Origin: a bacterium | GTDB lineage: Bacteria; Patescibacteriota; Saccharimonadia; UBA4664 | Length of the DNA: 64,000 bases | Assembly (NCBI GenBank): GCA_016699105.1 | Contig: CP064960.1 | Coordinates: forward strand, 968,729-1,032,728 | Direction of reading: 5' to 3' | Shown here: piece by piece, positions 61,567-64,000 of the stretch | Position numbering within the stretch: the stretch's first letter is position 1 | Layout of the letters: each line of letters begins with the position of its first letter | Program-made: the position numbers and the translations under genes | The notes under the pieces: model-generated | Seen by the model: only the letters and a program-made list of their open reading frames with translations | The model's database searches: none | Told to the model about the DNA's origin: nothing

Positions 61567-62624
61567 ATCATCTCCTAAATTCAGTCGATAAATATCCTTA
61601 AGTCGACGAAATACTTCATTCCGGTTCAATACATCGACATTATCGGTGATCTGATCTACCCCACCCACCCCTAGCGGTAGCATTCGCAAGGCCCTGTCGG
61701 ATATCAGGGCTTGGATTGCTTCAGGAGATGGACCCTCTACGATCGTGTACGGTCGGTCATAGAAATGCTTCACCTCCAATGAAGCAGTCGCAACAAGCTT
61801 TAATTCGTTAAACGCCTCGACGAGAAGTTTATATGCCTCGTTGATATGGGACTCGCGGTCCTGCCAGGTGTTGGCGAGCATAGCGTGACGAAGATGAGGC
61901 TCAATTGCTGCACCCCATTTAGTTTTTTGAATCCTGTCCCTAGCCATTTTGCTGTATGGCGCGTATTGCTTTTCAATCAAGAACAAAAGATGAATAATGC
62001 GCTGGCACTGGCGTGCAGTAATGGTCTGCGACCCCACTTCGTCTCCAACATCCCCGCACCGACCAATAAATGGCATCTCCTGGGATAAAATGCGCCAGCC
62101 GCAGGCAAGCAGATAAAGCCATACGTCATGCGGATAGTGTTTTAGTTGCTGTCGGGTACTAGATAGGGTTCCTAGCCCATCATAGAACACTTTACCGCTT
62201 GTCAGACAAAGTAACATCTCTTCTGGAAACGTCAACCAATCGGTGGCCTCAATGCCTGCTACTGATGAAACGCCTAGATACTCATTGAGATATGCGCCTA
62301 CAGTATAAATATCTATGTGGTGTTCGACGGAGAACCACCCTTGCTAAAACGAACCGGATACCCAAGAAACTCATTCGGAAGTTGTTTATCGAGAACACTC
62401 CGAATCTCGCTCTTTCGCGGCTCACCCTCGTTGATAAACAGCTGCAATCGCAGTCCCCAATCGTGATCACGCGAAAGCTCAGTGTCGAAACCCAATACGC
62501 CCGAACCGTCGCCAATCAATGCAGCAGCGTATGAAAGGTCCGGGAAGCGCGTTTTGGTTATTGGCTCAACAAGCTCTTGATAAAACTTCTCGGATAGCTG
62601 TAGCTCTGGAATAAATTCGCTCAT
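61552..62624 (-). CDS. DUF4037-like protein (one apparent frameshift)
   Basis: N-terminal piece with SRDHDWGLRLQLF (62313-62624) joins the 61552-62235 ORF through a third frame (...FSVEHHIDIYTVGAYLNEYLGVSSVAGIEATDWLTFPEE) at about 62325. Confidence 0.45.
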
Positions 62625-62755
62625 ATGTAAAAGTGTAACATTTTGCGCTAACGAAACCTGTTTTCTGAAAGAAAACAGGCACTTCCGTTTGAGTACAAAC
62701 GAAAGTTACTGTATATTGCCCCGCCAACAGAACTTGGTTTGGTCGTGGTGCTAGT

Positions 62756-63665
62756 CTATATATGAGTTCTGTCATCTGAACGCGGGTCGCTTACCAGCGT
62801 CCCACTATGGAGAACTCCAGATATTACGTTGCCCCTCCATGCGACAGTTGAATCATAAAACTCATCGTCGGTATCGATGGTCGAAATTAGCACACCCTGT
62901 TCGTTGCGCGCAACCTGGCCCGTAAATATGCCATCAGGCTGTACAAAGAAGCTTCCCAGAGGCTTTCCTTGGCCGAAGAGTTTGGGCAACTAATGTACAT
63001 GTAGTTATTCGAGGACGAAGCGTGCATAGCAGCAATTTGAGTAATACCGGCAACGGTTGGATTTCCGTTAAGTTCAACGTCACCAATCTCAGTCCTTGAT
63101 GCTTCGAGTCGTTCCGCTGGCCAATGTGCTGCGTGGTATGAGTGGAACATGAGCTGAACGCCTAGGCGTTTGTATTCCCGGTACAGTTCCGGGTAACGAT
63201 AGTCGTGACAAATGAGCGTCCCGCACTGTACGCCCTTAATTCTAAATACACAAAATGATCACCCGATGTATAGTGAGCTAAATCACCTGTTTTTGAGTCT
63301 TTGTCACCGGCACAAAACCTCTTATCGTATCTATCTACGATTTGGCCGCTATCATCGATGATATACAGGCTATTGTGCGGCTTATTGGTCCCCGATAAAC
63401 GATGTGTTGAGCCAAGAATCACCCAAATCTCCAGCTCCTTGGCTAATTGCATGACCTGTACGGTGCTCTTTTCGAGTTGCCCCCAATCGAAGCCCTCGTA
63501 AGATTCCATATCCGCACCAGCATACCCAGACAGTCCACACTCAGGAAAATGAGCCACATCGGCGTTTTGCTGCTTGGCTTTCCGCAGTAAATCTGCAATA
63601 CACCGCTCGTTATTCGTGATATCCGAGCTAGTCGGGAATTGGCATGTGGCTATGGTGAGTTTCAT
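62756..63665 (-). CDS. Carbon-nitrogen hydrolase (nitrilase superfamily; two apparent frameshifts)
   Basis: Catalytic E (HFPECGLSGY), K (RYDKRF) and C (TLICHD). C-terminal motif FVQPDGIFTGQVARNEQGVLISTIDTD. Junctions at about 63235 and about 62950. Confidence 0.75.
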
Positions 63666-63672
63666 TGTGTAA

Positions 63673-63993
63673 TTATATCACCTGAGGGCTCATATGAACT
63701 GCGTCAACCCTCATCTTCGTCCTCCGGCGCCTGCACTTCCTCCCAAATCTTTCCGTCATCCCCTGTGCCTTGAACTTCTCAGCCGTCGTGAACCACATCG
63801 TGATGTCTTCGCCCCACTTTTCCTCAAGCAGCCGCTTAGTAGCTCGCTTGCAGTAGGTTAGATCAGTGAGTATAGGGCACACAACCATGACGATTGGGTT
63901 TGGTTCGTCCTCACTGGTTTCATCCTGCCAATACCCGTCTTCCAGATACTCAATGTAGTTCTTGAGGCGCTTCCGCACCCTGTGGCGGGGCAT
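63673..63993 (-). CDS. Hypothetical protein
   Basis: 106-aa ORF. Its stop lies 8 nt upstream of the CN-hydrolase start. Confidence 0.35.
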   Translation of the reverse strand: MPRHRVRKRLKNYIEYLEDGYWQDETSEDEPNPIVMVVCPILTDLTYCKRATKRLLEEKWGEDITMWFTTAEKFKAQGMTERFGRKCRRRRTKMRVDAVHMSPQVI

Positions 63994-64000
63994 GGTAGCT

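Noticed and set aside
1-64000. CRISPR arrays, tRNA, rRNA, tmRNA or RNase P genes
   Set aside because: No spacer-repeat periodicity, no tRNA-like T-arm/acceptor signatures and no rRNA-like stretches were seen in any intergenic region. All sizeable gaps are promoter or terminator regions.

Overview
This 64-kb window comes from a bacterial chromosome of about 50% GC. It is densely packed and genes on both strands often overlap by 4 nt (ATGA). The core gene set (radA, clpC, nusA, pepN, rnhB, rplS, dnaE, gatCAB, sbcB) and the compact operons fit a small-genome, monoderm or CPR-like organism, possibly Saccharibacteria, but that is inference only. I found no rRNA, tRNA or CRISPR array.

Layout, in order along the window:
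- 0-21 kb: housekeeping genes.
- 21-29 kb: secreted enzymes (a GH5-like hydrolase, a GH6 cellulase, an esterase) and a DUF2130 protein.
- About 29.7-30.6 kb: an IS481-family element, followed by a NOX/ferric-reductase, cytochrome b5-domain and DUF4352 operon.
- 33.6-40.5 kb: a GC-rich block (locally about 65% GC) of unknown or mobile-looking genes. It includes a pair of 90-bp repeats bracketing a membrane-protein gene.
- 40.5-53.7 kb: a defence island built on a type I R-M system (hsdR, hsdS, hsdM). It carries many accessory genes: YgjP/DUF45, DUF4145, DinD, an extra S half-subunit, RhuM inserted between 137-bp direct repeats, DUF4406, an HsdR_N-like PD-(D/E)xK nuclease with a 66-aa partner, and a DUF695-like/Fic pair.
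- 56.3-57.0 kb: a heliorhodopsin gene.
- Further on: a membrane-anchored S1 protease with a cytoplasmic zinc ribbon, a GDSL hydrolase, a DUF4037 protein and a nitrilase-family hydrolase.

More than 40 single-base frameshifts break the gene models. Essentially all sit inside short homopolymer runs, and they break essential genes (nusA, dnaE, gatA, rplS, pepN) as well as accessory ones. This pattern points to uncorrected consensus errors, typical of long-read assembly, rather than real pseudogenes. I reconstructed all gene models across these shifts by eye, so coordinates near the shifts are approximate (a few nt).
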